DNA of 64,000 nucleotides from Spirochaetia bacterium (GTDB taxonomy: Bacteria > Spirochaetota > Spirochaetia > CAKZLE01): positions 224,001-288,000 of the forward strand of contig OY782041.1 in assembly GCA_963677595.1 (NCBI GenBank), given 5' to 3'. Position 1 is the stretch's first letter; every line of letters starts with the position of its first letter. Both the position numbers and the translations under genes were made by a program. Positions 1-9,024 of this stretch are shown here, piece after piece. A model generated the notes under the pieces. The model was not told the DNA's origin and ran no database searches. It saw nothing but the letters and a program-made list of their open reading frames with translations.

Positions 1-2
1 AC

Positions 3-476
3 ATCATCCTGACGAAGCTCGGGATGACGCCGATCCAGTGGAAGGCAGCCCCGGTCCCGAACTTCCTGGCCATGATCATGACGAATGTCTGGCTGGGGAT
101 CCCGTTCATGATGGTCATCAGTCTCGGTGCACTGCAGAGCATCTCCTCTGAGTACTACGAGGCAGCTGACATGGATGGAGCGACCGGGTACACGAAACTC
201 TCGAAGATCACCCTGCCCCTGATGAAACCGGTCCTCGCCCCATCGATCATGCTTGGGATCATCTGGACGTTCAACAATTTCAATATTCCATACTTCATCA
301 ACGAGATGAAGCTGGAGAGTTCCGAGATCCTGATCACAGCCCTCTTCCGGGCAGCGTTCAACTTCAACCAGTATGGATTCTCGGCAGCCTTCGCTGTCGT
401 CATCTTCCTCATCCTCTTCGGTCTGACCCTTCTCTACATCCGCTTGACCGGAGCCCTGAAAGGAGTCACCGAATGA
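3..476 (+). CDS. Carbohydrate ABC transporter permease (MalF-like), 5'-truncated by the window edge
   Basis: EAA loop 'YYEAADMDGAT', TM helices; frame is open to the window start; overlaps the next gene by ATGA. Confidence 0.9.
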   Translation: MILTKLGMTPIQWKAAPVPNFLAMIMTNVWLGIPFMMVISLGALQSISSEYYEAADMDGATGYTKLSKITLPLMKPVLAPSIMLGIIWTFNNFNIPYFINEMKLESSEILITALFRAAFNFNQYGFSAAFAVVIFLILFGLTLLYIRLTGALKGVTE

Positions 477-1312
477 ACCCGCTGAGAAAGAGAAACTACG
501 GGAACACCCTGGCACACGTGATCCTGATCCTTGCCTGCCTGATCACCATCTACCCGATCCTGCGCATCGTGACCGTGTCGCTGAGGCCGGGAAGCCGGCT
601 GCTCTCGACCTCGTTACGGATCATCCCGGAGGATGCCTCCTTCCAGAACTATCGGGCGGCACTCACAGAGCATGATTTCTTCCTCTGGATCTGGAACAGC
701 TTCATCGTGACCATCGCGACCGCCTTCATCGGCCTGGTCATCTCCTCTACGTCGGCCTATGCCCTCTCGAGGTGGAAGTTCAAGGGCAGGAATGCCATGC
801 TGATCTTCCTCCTGGCGACCCAGATGATCCCTGCAGCCATGCTGATGGTCCCCCTCTACCTGCTTGCCGCGAAACTGAACCTGATCAACACCTACCGGGG
901 TATCGTCGTGGCCTATTCGGTACAGGCGATACCGTTCAGCATCTGGGTGCTCAAGGGGTATTATGACTCGATCCCGAAGACGCTCGAGGAGGCGGCCATG
1001 ATCGATGGTTCGACACCGATGTACACCTTCTGGAAGATCATCCTTCCCCTAGCTGTACCAGCACTGGCGATCGCCTTCCTCTTCAACTTCATGAACTCCT
1101 GGAATGAGTTCATGCTTGCCAGGATCATGCTGCCGAAGGGCGACATGTTCACCTGGCCGCTGGGCCTCCAGGCACTGCAGGGACAGTTCAACACCAACTG
1201 GGGCATCTACGCCGCATCATCGGTGATGATCTCGATCCCGGTGGTCGCATTGTTCCTCTACTCCTCGAGATGGCTCGTCTCAGGATTGACAATCGGATCG
1301 GTAAAAGGGTAA
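473..1312 (+). CDS. Carbohydrate ABC transporter permease (MalG-like)
   Basis: 'LEEAAMIDG' EAA motif, 'WIWNSFIV', 'WNEFMLA', hydrophobic segments. Confidence 0.93.
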   Translation: MNPLRKRNYGNTLAHVILILACLITIYPILRIVTVSLRPGSRLLSTSLRIIPEDASFQNYRAALTEHDFFLWIWNSFIVTIATAFIGLVISSTSAYALSRWKFKGRNAMLIFLLATQMIPAAMLMVPLYLLAAKLNLINTYRGIVVAYSVQAIPFSIWVLKGYYDSIPKTLEEAAMIDGSTPMYTFWKIILPLAVPALAIAFLFNFMNSWNEFMLARIMLPKGDMFTWPLGLQALQGQFNTNWGIYAASSVMISIPVVALFLYSSRWLVSGLTIGSVKG

Positions 1313-1343
1313 GAATGGATTCTATAGGATAACAGGCACGTTT

Positions 1344-2351
1344 ATGAGTATAACGATCAAGGAAGTAGCAGAATACGCAGGGGTCGCCCCCTCGACGGTG
1401 AGCAGGGTGGTCCACAACAACCCGAAGATCAGCCTCGAGACCCAGGAGAAGGTCAGGGAGGCGATGAAGGTCCTCGGCTACCACCCCAATGCAGCGGCAC
1501 GCTCATTAGCACGGGGAAGGACCCACACACTCGGTCTCATCATCCCCAACTCAGCGGAGGACCTCTTCACAAAACCCTTCTTCATCATGGCGATGCGGGG
1601 GTTGAGCATCGAAGCCCAGAAACGCGGCTACAACATCATGTTCTCCTTCTCCAGCAGCGCCGAGGAGGAGGTCTCCTTCCTGAAACAGTTCATACGGCAG
1701 AACATCGTGGACGGGGTCATCCTCATGACCTCGAGCCGGGATGACAAGTGCATGGCATACCTCGAGGAGAAACGGTGCCCCTACACGGTCATCGGCCGTC
1801 CGGAGAGCAGGTTCGAGCATGCACTCTGGGTCGATAATGACAACTTCCAGGCCATGTACAACCTGGTCTCCAACCTGCTCCAGAAGGGGCTGCGAAGGAT
1901 CGCCCTCCTCGGGGGGCCACAGCAGTTCAGCGTAACACAGAACCGTCTCCGTGGCTACCAGGAGGCGCTGAGGACCCATGGGATCACGATCGATGAGGAC
2001 CTCATCTGCCTCGCCGGGACCTACCGGGAGGTCGAGGGGTACCAGGGGATGAAGACTGTGAGCCAACGGACCTCCTTCGACTCGGTGATCGCGACCGATG
2101 GGTTCATCGCACTCGGAGCCCTGGACTACCTCAAGGAACATGATGCGATGGTCCCCATAGCCGGGTTCAACAACACGACCCGCAGCCAGTGCAGCTCCCC
2201 GCCGCTCACGACGGTCGACATCCAGCCGGAACTGCTCGGCAGGCGTGCGGCAGCCCTCCTGATCGACCACCTCAGCGGGATCGAGCATGCTCCCCGCTAT
2301 GCGATCGTGGACACGATCCTCATCGAGCGGGAATCGACCCTCTCCCTGTAG
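1344..2351 (+). CDS. LacI-family transcriptional regulator (MalR-like)
   Basis: N-terminal 'TIKEVAEYAGVAPSTVSRV' HTH, 'YHPNAAARSL' hinge, sugar-binding domain. Confidence 0.95.
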   Translation: MSITIKEVAEYAGVAPSTVSRVVHNNPKISLETQEKVREAMKVLGYHPNAAARSLARGRTHTLGLIIPNSAEDLFTKPFFIMAMRGLSIEAQKRGYNIMFSFSSSAEEEVSFLKQFIRQNIVDGVILMTSSRDDKCMAYLEEKRCPYTVIGRPESRFEHALWVDNDNFQAMYNLVSNLLQKGLRRIALLGGPQQFSVTQNRLRGYQEALRTHGITIDEDLICLAGTYREVEGYQGMKTVSQRTSFDSVIATDGFIALGALDYLKEHDAMVPIAGFNNTTRSQCSSPPLTTVDIQPELLGRRAAALLIDHLSGIEHAPRYAIVDTILIERESTLSL

Positions 2352-2355
2352 GGGA

Positions 2356-2796
2356 TCACAGCTCCTTTCCGGTGACACGCTCGGCAGCCAGCTTCCAGAC
2401 CCGTACAGCCTCGACAGCTTCAGGAGTGAACTCCCAGGCCTCATCTGAGTAGTGGGCCATGATGCGGGACAACGCTTCCACCTTCCCCGTATAGCCTGTC
2501 ACCTCTGAGACCTGCCCGTACCCGATGACACTCCTTCCGGACATACCCCAGCCGCAGGGAGCTTTATCATGCGGCTGCAGCCTTACATCCTGCTCCATCT
2601 CGAAGCAGACGGTCCCCCCGCCCTCGAGGTAGGCGATCTTCCTGCCCTCACGTGCCGTGTGGAAATAGATATGCGACCCGTCGTACCCGTAGTTCAGCGG
2701 GATGATATACGGGAGGGATCCTGCAGAAACAGCGAGCCGCATGACCTCTGCCCCCCTGATCACCTCATCGATCCGTGCACGATCCCTGATCTCTTT
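2356..2796 (-). pseudogene. Pyridoxamine 5'-phosphate oxidase / NimA-like flavin-binding protein, 3' part, interrupted by IS110
   Basis: 'PYIIPLNYGYDGSHIYFHTAREGRKI...VCFE...SVIGYG' family motifs; no start codon on this side of the IS; joins in frame to 4374-4392. Confidence 0.88.
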
Positions 2797-2809
2797 ATTT
2801 GTCTGTAGA

Positions 2810-2815
2810 TGTCAA
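2810..2815 (-). promoter_or_regulatory. -35 box (TTGACA) of the IS110 circle-junction promoter
   Basis: Joining right end to left end gives TTGACA-17 nt-TAGTAT (-10 box at 4368-4373). Confidence 0.8.
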
Positions 2816-2930
2816 GGGGTATAAACAAGAAAGTTTTGGCAATTCAAATAGACACAATTCTCCGAGACCTTAAAAATAAGGACTTGCGTGGGGAGGTGGT
2901 TAGTGATAGGCTAAAACCGTTAGATTGGCT

Positions 2931-4100
2931 TTAGCTGGTTATTGAGCTCTTATCGGAATTAATCTGCCAGGATCGGGTTCCGACGAGAGCTTCAAGTTTA
3001 TAGTATTGCAGTTTCTTCAACAGATACTGTTCCCCGTCAGGCATCCGGTAGATGTCACCGTTCTTCAGCAGAGCGAATCCGATAGAGAGCATCTTATTAG
3101 CAATGGCAACTGATGCTTTCTGACCAAGCTTCCGTCGGCTCTCAAGACGCTGCCAGTACCGAGTAAGAGAACAATCTCTCCTAAAGCTCTTGATCCCCCA
3201 GGCTCCCTGCATGATGTGCCTCCTGATCGGCATACACCCGTGACGAGAGACCCCGAGCTGCTTATCGACCGTCCCAGATTGATCCTTCTTCGGGATGAGA
3301 CCGATATAGTTCCTCAGTTGGTTAGCAGAAGAGAATCGGTCTCCATTACCGAGGAAGGCAATGAGCGTTACAGCCGTGATGTCTCCGATGCCAGGGATCG
3401 AGAGCCAGGAAAGAGCTTCTCGTGGATGAGCGAGAATGATCTCCTTGAGCTTCTCATGAATACGTTCCATCTGCGACTCCAATGATTCAAGCTCTTCGAG
3501 CAGGAGCCCTGCACTGAATAGAGCTATCTCCTCGGCGAGTAGGGTCTCCACCCAGGCCCGTCGCTTGCGAGGATCCTTCAGATCCGATTTCTTCAGGTCA
3601 GGGAACCCCATTCCCGTGAATACCGCATGAAGCTTGTTGATGACCTTCGTACGATACTGAGCATAGGCGATGTGAAGTTTGACTACTGAGCGCTCAGCAG
3701 ATTCCTGTTCAGTCGGGATGGGAACCAGTACCCAGTTCTCAGGATGGGCATCCCGTGCATACTTAGCCAATTTTGCAGCATCTTGCCGATCTGTCTTGCA
3801 GATCGACTCGAAGATGATATGCAGTTTCATGGGGTTGAGTACATACACGTCTGCTTCGGTGTGCTTCAGCAGATACCGTGCGAGGTTGAAGGAAGATGTC
3901 CCTCCCTCCATAAAGATCGCATCTCCTGCTTTGAACCGTTCAGCGAGTCGCTGACGTCCTTGAGCATTCATCTTCTCGTTGAAGAAGTGATTCTTCATGA
4001 ACCCTTCTTCTGCTAGCAGCATACACCCAACCAGAGTCTTCTTGGAAAGATCCAAGCCGATGATCCTGGTTGCCGTCAATCGTAAAGGTCTGTCTATCAT
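2931..4100 (-). CDS. IS110-family transposase / DEDD bridge recombinase
   Basis: RuvC-like DEDD residues in 'IIGLDLSK', 'FMEGG', 'KTDRQDA'; C-terminal 'SIPGIGDITA...YIGLIPKKDQSGT' with the conserved Ser; GAGGAGG RBS. Confidence 0.96.
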   Translation of the reverse strand: MIDRPLRLTATRIIGLDLSKKTLVGCMLLAEEGFMKNHFFNEKMNAQGRQRLAERFKAGDAIFMEGGTSSFNLARYLLKHTEADVYVLNPMKLHIIFESICKTDRQDAAKLAKYARDAHPENWVLVPIPTEQESAERSVVKLHIAYAQYRTKVINKLHAVFTGMGFPDLKKSDLKDPRKRRAWVETLLAEEIALFSAGLLLEELESLESQMERIHEKLKEIILAHPREALSWLSIPGIGDITAVTLIAFLGNGDRFSSANQLRNYIGLIPKKDQSGTVDKQLGVSRHGCMPIRRHIMQGAWGIKSFRRDCSLTRYWQRLESRRKLGQKASVAIANKMLSIGFALLKNGDIYRMPDGEQYLLKKLQYYKLEALVGTRSWQINSDKSSITS

Positions 4101-4149
4101 GGCAGCCTCCTCAAAATAAAATTAACGGATAGTTGGGAAGCTTTATGAC

Positions 4150-4362
4150 AGGAAGTGCGTAGATGTCCTTCATTTTTATTATTGAGATCATTCCCGGGGA
4201 GAATTCCCCGGGAAGTCTCCAAGTAGTCTTCGATGACCGGTCAGTGTATCTTTCTCATTGAGGTATGTCTGGCAGTCCAGCATCCATCACAATAGATCAT
4301 TACACGATCACCGGTTCCCATTCTCCGTCAAGAATAGGATAGCATCTATGACTTCTCAACTA
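4150..4362 (-). ncRNA. Predicted IS110 bridge/seek RNA in the long upstream non-coding end
   Basis: Lies downstream of the junction promoter. The 5' and 3' ends pair (GAAGT/ACTTC, TAGATG/CATCTA, TCCT/AGGA). Two internal loops carry segments matching the target site and the donor junction. RNA ends are approximate. Confidence 0.8.
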
Positions 4363-4373
4363 CAGTCATACTA

Positions 4374-4392
4374 CTTTCTCTGCTCTTCTCAT
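4374..4392 (-). pseudogene. 5' fragment (MRRAEK) of the IS110-interrupted flavin-binding protein gene
   Basis: ATG AGA AGA GCA GAG AAA G| continues as |AG ATC AGG GAT at 2792; TATAAT lies 7 nt upstream of the ATG. Confidence 0.85.
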
Positions 4393-4666
4393 ATGCATGA
4401 TTATACCTGCGGCGTAGTTCTTTTCAACTGCAGGCGTACATGATCTCCATAAACCCTCCGATATTCATCAACATAATTAGTTGCATTGCTATTTATTCTG
4501 GGCTAGAATAAATTATATAGAATAACAAAAAAAGGCAGATCAACTATGGTGTATGTTTCTTTGTGTCAGACAATACTGCTTCGTATCCTTTTTTCGATTC
4601 GTCAACAACCCTTCAGCGACCGGTGTACCACGACACGCATACAGCCACCCCTAGAGGGGGTGCTGC

Positions 4667-5491
4667 ATGGGTAAGCCTGTCCACAAATACATCAGCCTCC
4701 TCTTCGGGATCGCCGGCATCCTCAACTTCCTCTCCACCTTCTTCGGGACGGTGACCGACTGCCCCTTCTGCAGCGGCTATGAGCTCAGGTGGTGGAGCTA
4801 TCCCCTCCTCGGAGTCGGGATCTACTTCCTGTGGACCTACTTCTGCACACGTGAACGGGTAGTCCTGAGCCTGCAGGATAAGACCGTGACAGTCAACATG
4901 TCCGTGATCATCCAGTATTCACAGTTCGGGTTCATCTACCTGATCTCGATCTTCGTGGCGTTCCACCCGCTCCACAACAACTTCACGATGGAACTGCTCT
5001 TCCTCGCCCTGCTGCTCGGGCTGCGGTACCAGCTGATCAAGATCCGGGGGAGCATCTTCATGGGGGTCACCACCTCCATTGCCTTTGAGTTTGCTGCCTT
5101 CCAGAACGGCACACCCCTCGACGGGCTGTATGTGCTGATCTTCGCAGGAGCCATCATCTTCGTCCTGCTGCTCATCCACATGGACTTCCTCAAGATCGAC
5201 TCAAGCATGCATGAGCGGATCCTCCATGTGGAGACGCGCCTGAACCAGTACGAAAAGGAAACCCTCGACCCGGGGGACTTCCCGTTCACCCCCAGGGAAC
5301 TGGACGTCCTGAAGGCCCTCTGCCTGACGCACGGCTCCAACAGTGATATAGCTAGCGGTCTCGGGATCAAGGAACAGACGGTCAAGGGGCACCTGAAGAA
5401 CATCTTCGACAAGGCAGGGGTCGATGACCGACACCAGCTCGTCGACCTCTTCAGGCATGCCTTCATCATGGATGACGACCTTGACCATTAA
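4667..5491 (+). CDS. Membrane-anchored LuxR-type HTH regulator (paralog 1)
   Basis: Multiple N-terminal TM segments; C-terminal 'FTPRELDVL...SNSDIASGLGIKEQTVKGHLKNIFDKAGV'. Confidence 0.85.
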   Translation: MGKPVHKYISLLFGIAGILNFLSTFFGTVTDCPFCSGYELRWWSYPLLGVGIYFLWTYFCTRERVVLSLQDKTVTVNMSVIIQYSQFGFIYLISIFVAFHPLHNNFTMELLFLALLLGLRYQLIKIRGSIFMGVTTSIAFEFAAFQNGTPLDGLYVLIFAGAIIFVLLLIHMDFLKIDSSMHERILHVETRLNQYEKETLDPGDFPFTPRELDVLKALCLTHGSNSDIASGLGIKEQTVKGHLKNIFDKAGVDDRHQLVDLFRHAFIMDDDLDH

Positions 5492-5548
5492 GGGAATCAA
5501 ACGTTCCGAAGCTGCAGATACGTGCTATACTGACAGGAGGAGTAAGAC

Positions 5549-6376
5549 ATGGAAGATGATCGATTCAAGACAGTCAGCCTGATCTACGGTATCATCGGTA
5601 TGCTCACCTGCATCATGCAGGTGGTCACGGTCATGACAGAGACGGACCTTGGCGATGAACACACACTGGCCTGGTGGTGGTACATGATCCTCATTATCGG
5701 GATCTTCTTCCTCTGGATGGCCTTCAAGAAACGGGGCACCTACTCCATCACCCTGTTGGGGAAGACCATCAAGATCAACCTCTTCCGCATCACGAAGGTT
5801 CTGCATTTCGTCGTGATGTATATCTTCTCCGTAGTGGAGATCAACGCTGACCATACGAGCCAGTACGGCATGATGATGCTGTTCATCTCCCTCATGATGG
5901 GGATCAAGTACCGGCTGATCCGAAAGCGGGGGATCATCATCTGCCTGATCATCTTCGCAGCCTCGCTCGAGACGGGTGCAGTCCAGGCAGGGTATCCCTT
6001 CCGGGCAGTCTACACCTTCATCTTCGCAGGGTTCTACTTCGGTATCCTGAGCGTCCTCTATACCGATGAACTGCGGAAATACTTCACCCTGGCAAAGAAC
6101 TTCCATGAGAAACTCCTATCGGTAGAGGAGAAGCTGAAGAAGTATGAGGGTCAGACCTTCGACCCGGAGGCCTTCCAGTTCACTCCCAGAGAGAGGGAGA
6201 TCCTGAGTATCCTCTGCACCACGCACGGCACCAACCAGGAGATCTCAGACCAGCTTGGGATCAAGGTCCAGACCGTGAAGACCCATATAAAGAACATCTT
6301 CGACAAGGCAGGGGTCGATGACCGGCATCAGTTGATCGATCTCTTCAAGCATTCCTACATCCAGGATGAGACGTAA
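5549..6376 (+). CDS. Membrane-anchored LuxR-type HTH regulator (paralog 2)
   Basis: Same architecture; 'FTPREREIL...TNQEISDQLGIKVQTVKTHIKNIFDKAGV'; AGGAGG RBS. Confidence 0.85.
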   Translation: MEDDRFKTVSLIYGIIGMLTCIMQVVTVMTETDLGDEHTLAWWWYMILIIGIFFLWMAFKKRGTYSITLLGKTIKINLFRITKVLHFVVMYIFSVVEINADHTSQYGMMMLFISLMMGIKYRLIRKRGIIICLIIFAASLETGAVQAGYPFRAVYTFIFAGFYFGILSVLYTDELRKYFTLAKNFHEKLLSVEEKLKKYEGQTFDPEAFQFTPREREILSILCTTHGTNQEISDQLGIKVQTVKTHIKNIFDKAGVDDRHQLIDLFKHSYIQDET

Positions 6377-6382
6377 GGAGGA

Positions 6383-7645
6383 TCAGTAAACTAACTCCTG
6401 GCATCGGAGGAAGAACCGCTCATCCCCGAAATTCCCTGACTTGAGAGCCAGGCTGACATCACGGTCCACCGCCCGGATCCAGGGGACTCCCGGGGCGATC
6501 TGCTGGCCGATATAGAAACTCCTGACCCCTAAGACCTGTACGACCTTCCCGGAGGTCTCCCCGCCCCCGATGATAAGCTTCTTCACTCCCCCGTCGACCA
6601 GCCTGCTCGCGACAGCCGAGAACAGCAGTTCGATCCGCTCCCCGAGCCCCTCGCCATAGGCCTCCCGGTTACACTCGATGACATCCGGCAGGGCTGTTGA
6701 ATAGATCATCGGGGCATGCGCATCGTCGGCATGGTCCAGCAGCCAGGTGACAAGCTCATCTTCATACGAAGGGTTATGGATTACTGCTTCAGGATCGACG
6801 AATCTCGAGGCGGCGAGCTGCCGGTAGAAGTCTACCTGGCGGTTCGTCATGACCGAACATGACCCGGAGATGATGGCCGAAGGCCCTCTGGACGGTCTCC
6901 AGGAGTCATGGACGGTAGGCGTATCTCCATGTTCGCTTGACCACGCCCTGACCAGCCCCCCGATGAGGGCTGACCCGCCGGTGATGAGCACCTCATCTCT
7001 GCAGGCTGAGCCGATCGTATCGATATCGTCATCAGTCAGGCAGTCCGGGATGATATACCGGATACCTTCTGAGCGCAGCTTCATGATATCAGTCTTCACA
7101 GCCTCCACGCCGTCCCAGACATGCTCGATGAAGATATTCCCCGACTTCCCCCTCGACTGGGCATCCATGATGCGTGAGAGGGAGGGATCCCGCATCGGGG
7201 TCACAGGATGGTCCTTCATCCCCGAATCACTCAGGAGCTCATTCCCGGCAAAGAGGTATCCCTTATAGACGGTGCGGCCGTTGACCGGGAAAGCCGGGCA
7301 GATCACGGCATGGTCTGCCTCCAGCGCATCAAGCAGGGCATCAGTCACCGGTCCGATGTTCCCCTTCGGCGTGCTGTCGAAGGTCGAGCATACCTTGAAG
7401 TAGAACCGCGAGCAGCCCTGTCCCTGCAGCCAGGCAAGGGCTGCCAGGGACTGGTTGATCGCTTCTCCTGCGGGGCAGGAGCGGCTCTTCAGGCTGACCA
7501 CATAGGCATCAGCCTCTGCCGCAAGATCCCCATCCGGAACCCCGGCAGTCTGTATCGTCTGCAGCCCGCAGCCTGCAAGAATCCCCGCGATATCGGTCGC
7601 TCCCGTGAAATCATCTGCGATGACCCCGATCCTGTGTTTCATCAT
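6383..7645 (-). CDS. otnK: Four-carbon acid sugar kinase (3-oxo-tetronate kinase, DUF1537 family)
   Basis: 'IGVIADDFTGATD', 'FKVCSTFDSTPKGNIGPV', 'GGETSG', 'LALKSGNFG'; start moved to the ATG after AGGAAGGTGGAG. Confidence 0.85.
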   Translation of the reverse strand: MMKHRIGVIADDFTGATDIAGILAGCGLQTIQTAGVPDGDLAAEADAYVVSLKSRSCPAGEAINQSLAALAWLQGQGCSRFYFKVCSTFDSTPKGNIGPVTDALLDALEADHAVICPAFPVNGRTVYKGYLFAGNELLSDSGMKDHPVTPMRDPSLSRIMDAQSRGKSGNIFIEHVWDGVEAVKTDIMKLRSEGIRYIIPDCLTDDDIDTIGSACRDEVLITGGSALIGGLVRAWSSEHGDTPTVHDSWRPSRGPSAIISGSCSVMTNRQVDFYRQLAASRFVDPEAVIHNPSYEDELVTWLLDHADDAHAPMIYSTALPDVIECNREAYGEGLGERIELLFSAVASRLVDGGVKKLIIGGGETSGKVVQVLGVRSFYIGQQIAPGVPWIRAVDRDVSLALKSGNFGDERFFLRCQELVY

Positions 7646-7750
7646 CTCCACCTTCCTGGACCCCATTATGCCCGGTGATTGCGGGAACGGCAAGACGATC
7701 TCACACCTCAATCGTTCAGATTCTCCACCTGTCATGGTATAATCACTGGT

Positions 7751-8128
7751 ATGAGACGAATCGGAATCTTTGCGATCATCATAGGTACGGGTATCATCCT
7801 GCTCTGGGGGTTCCTGCTTGCCGCAGGTGGAGTTCCCGAGATCAGGACCGCCCCGGTGAGTATCACCTTCCACCTGATAGCGGAACTCCTGATGGGGACA
7901 GCATCCCTGACCAGCGGGATCCTGATCCTGCAGGGCATACCAGCAGGCACCTATACCTATCTCATCACCAGCGGGATGATCATCTACTCGGTCATAAACT
8001 CTTCAGGCTATTACGGGGATACCGGGGAGTGGGTGATGGTGGCTATGTTCATGGTAATCCTCATCTCCACCCTGGTCACTGATACCATGCTGCTGAATCG
8101 CATCTTTCAGGCTGGGAAGGACCGATAA
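7751..8128 (+). CDS. Hypothetical 4-TM membrane protein
   Basis: Four hydrophobic segments; TGnTATAAT 7 nt before ATG 7751. Confidence 0.7.
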   Translation: MRRIGIFAIIIGTGIILLWGFLLAAGGVPEIRTAPVSITFHLIAELLMGTASLTSGILILQGIPAGTYTYLITSGMIIYSVINSSGYYGDTGEWVMVAMFMVILISTLVTDTMLLNRIFQAGKDR

Positions 8129-8152
8129 AAAAACCTCATCCGAAGATGAGGT
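8127..8152 (-). terminator. Rho-independent terminator after tRNA-Phe
   Basis: ACCTCATC-TTCG-GATGAGGT followed by a T run on the minus strand. Confidence 0.85.
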
Positions 8153-8153
8153 C

Positions 8154-8226
8154 TGCCGCCGAACAGAATTGAACTGTTGACACGTGGATTTTCAGTCCAC
8201 TGCTCTACCGACTGAGCTACAGCGGC
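8154..8226 (-). tRNA. tRNA-Phe (GAA), CCA not encoded
   Basis: GCCGCTG TA GCTC AGTCGGTA GAGC A GTGGA CTGAAAA TCCAC GTGTC AACAG TTCAATT CTGTT CGGCGGC A cloverleaf. Confidence 0.97.
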
Positions 8227-8277
8227 ATGTCGTTGTCTTGACGACAAGAGAATGTATATAATTTGAGCGGGAAATTG

Positions 8278-9024
8278 TCAACCCCTCTGGGAGAATTTCT
8301 CGTAATAGTGCATCTCCAGCTCCCATAATCGCCTGTTTCCGGCACTCCGTTCAGCCCTGTCTACCGGAACGGGGATCGTCCCCCGTATTGATGCAGGCCT
8401 GCCGGAGAGGATGATCACCTCATCCGAGAGGAGCAGGGCCTCCTGGATGTCATGGGTGACCAGCGCGGTCATCCTCGGCGTCCTCTGCCAGATGGCCTGG
8501 TAGGCTGCGATCAGGTTGAACCGAAGATCAGCATCCAGGGACTGGAAGGGTTCATCCATGAGGATGAGCTGTGAGGGATAGGCGAATGCACGGGCGATCG
8601 CGACCCGCTGCCGCATACCCCCTGAGAGCTCTCGCGGGTACAGGTACTCGAACCCCTTCAGTCCGACGAGTTCCACGAACTGCAGGACCCGTTCCTTCCG
8701 CTCTGCCGCATCCGTGATATGGTTGCGCAGCACGAGCTCGATGTTCTCAGACACATTCCGCCACGGCAGCAGCCGGGGTTCCTGGAAGAGGTAGCTCAGG
8801 CTCGCGACATTCGTCGTGGAGCTCATCGGCACACCTGAGATGGTCCCTGAGTCAACCTGCTCCATGCCGGCGAGCATGTGGAGGAGCGTGGTCTTCCCGC
8901 AGCCTGAAGGCCCGACGAGGGCAACGATCTGCCCGTCCCCGATGGTCAGGGAGAGGTCATGAAAGACCTCGAGTGACCCCTGAGCTGTCTCATATGATTT
9001 CGACACCCCCTCGATCCTGATCAT
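8278..9024 (-). CDS. NitT/TauT-family ABC transporter ATP-binding protein
   Basis: Walker A GPSGCGKT, 'LSGGMRQR', 'LMDEPF', 'VTHD'. Confidence 0.93.
   Translation of the reverse strand: MIRIEGVSKSYETAQGSLEVFHDLSLTIGDGQIVALVGPSGCGKTTLLHMLAGMEQVDSGTISGVPMSSTTNVASLSYLFQEPRLLPWRNVSENIELVLRNHITDAAERKERVLQFVELVGLKGFEYLYPRELSGGMRQRVAIARAFAYPSQLILMDEPFQSLDADLRFNLIAAYQAIWQRTPRMTALVTHDIQEALLLSDEVIILSGRPASIRGTIPVPVDRAERSAGNRRLWELEMHYYEKFSQRG

Larger units (their letters stand above)
2797..4377 (-). mobile_element. IS110-family insertion sequence (bridge-recombinase element), 1581 bp
   Basis: CTTT is present at both junctions (2793-2796, 4374-4377). Removing the element restores MRRAEKEIRDRARIDEV... 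Imperfect sub-terminal inverted repeats TGTCTGTAGATGTCAAG / TGACTGTAGTTGAGAAG (13/17). More AT-rich than the flanks. Confidence 0.93.

Noticed and set aside
1551-2444. 297-aa minus-strand ORF
   Set aside because: Antisense to the LacI regulator.
2793-2796. CTTT at both IS ends read as a 4-bp target-site duplication
   Set aside because: Better explained as shared donor/target core homology typical of IS110 recombination; one copy is needed for the 17-nt junction promoter spacer.
7646-7873. N-terminal extension of the otnK ORF
   Set aside because: Overlaps the divergent membrane-protein gene; RBS and family start are at 7645.
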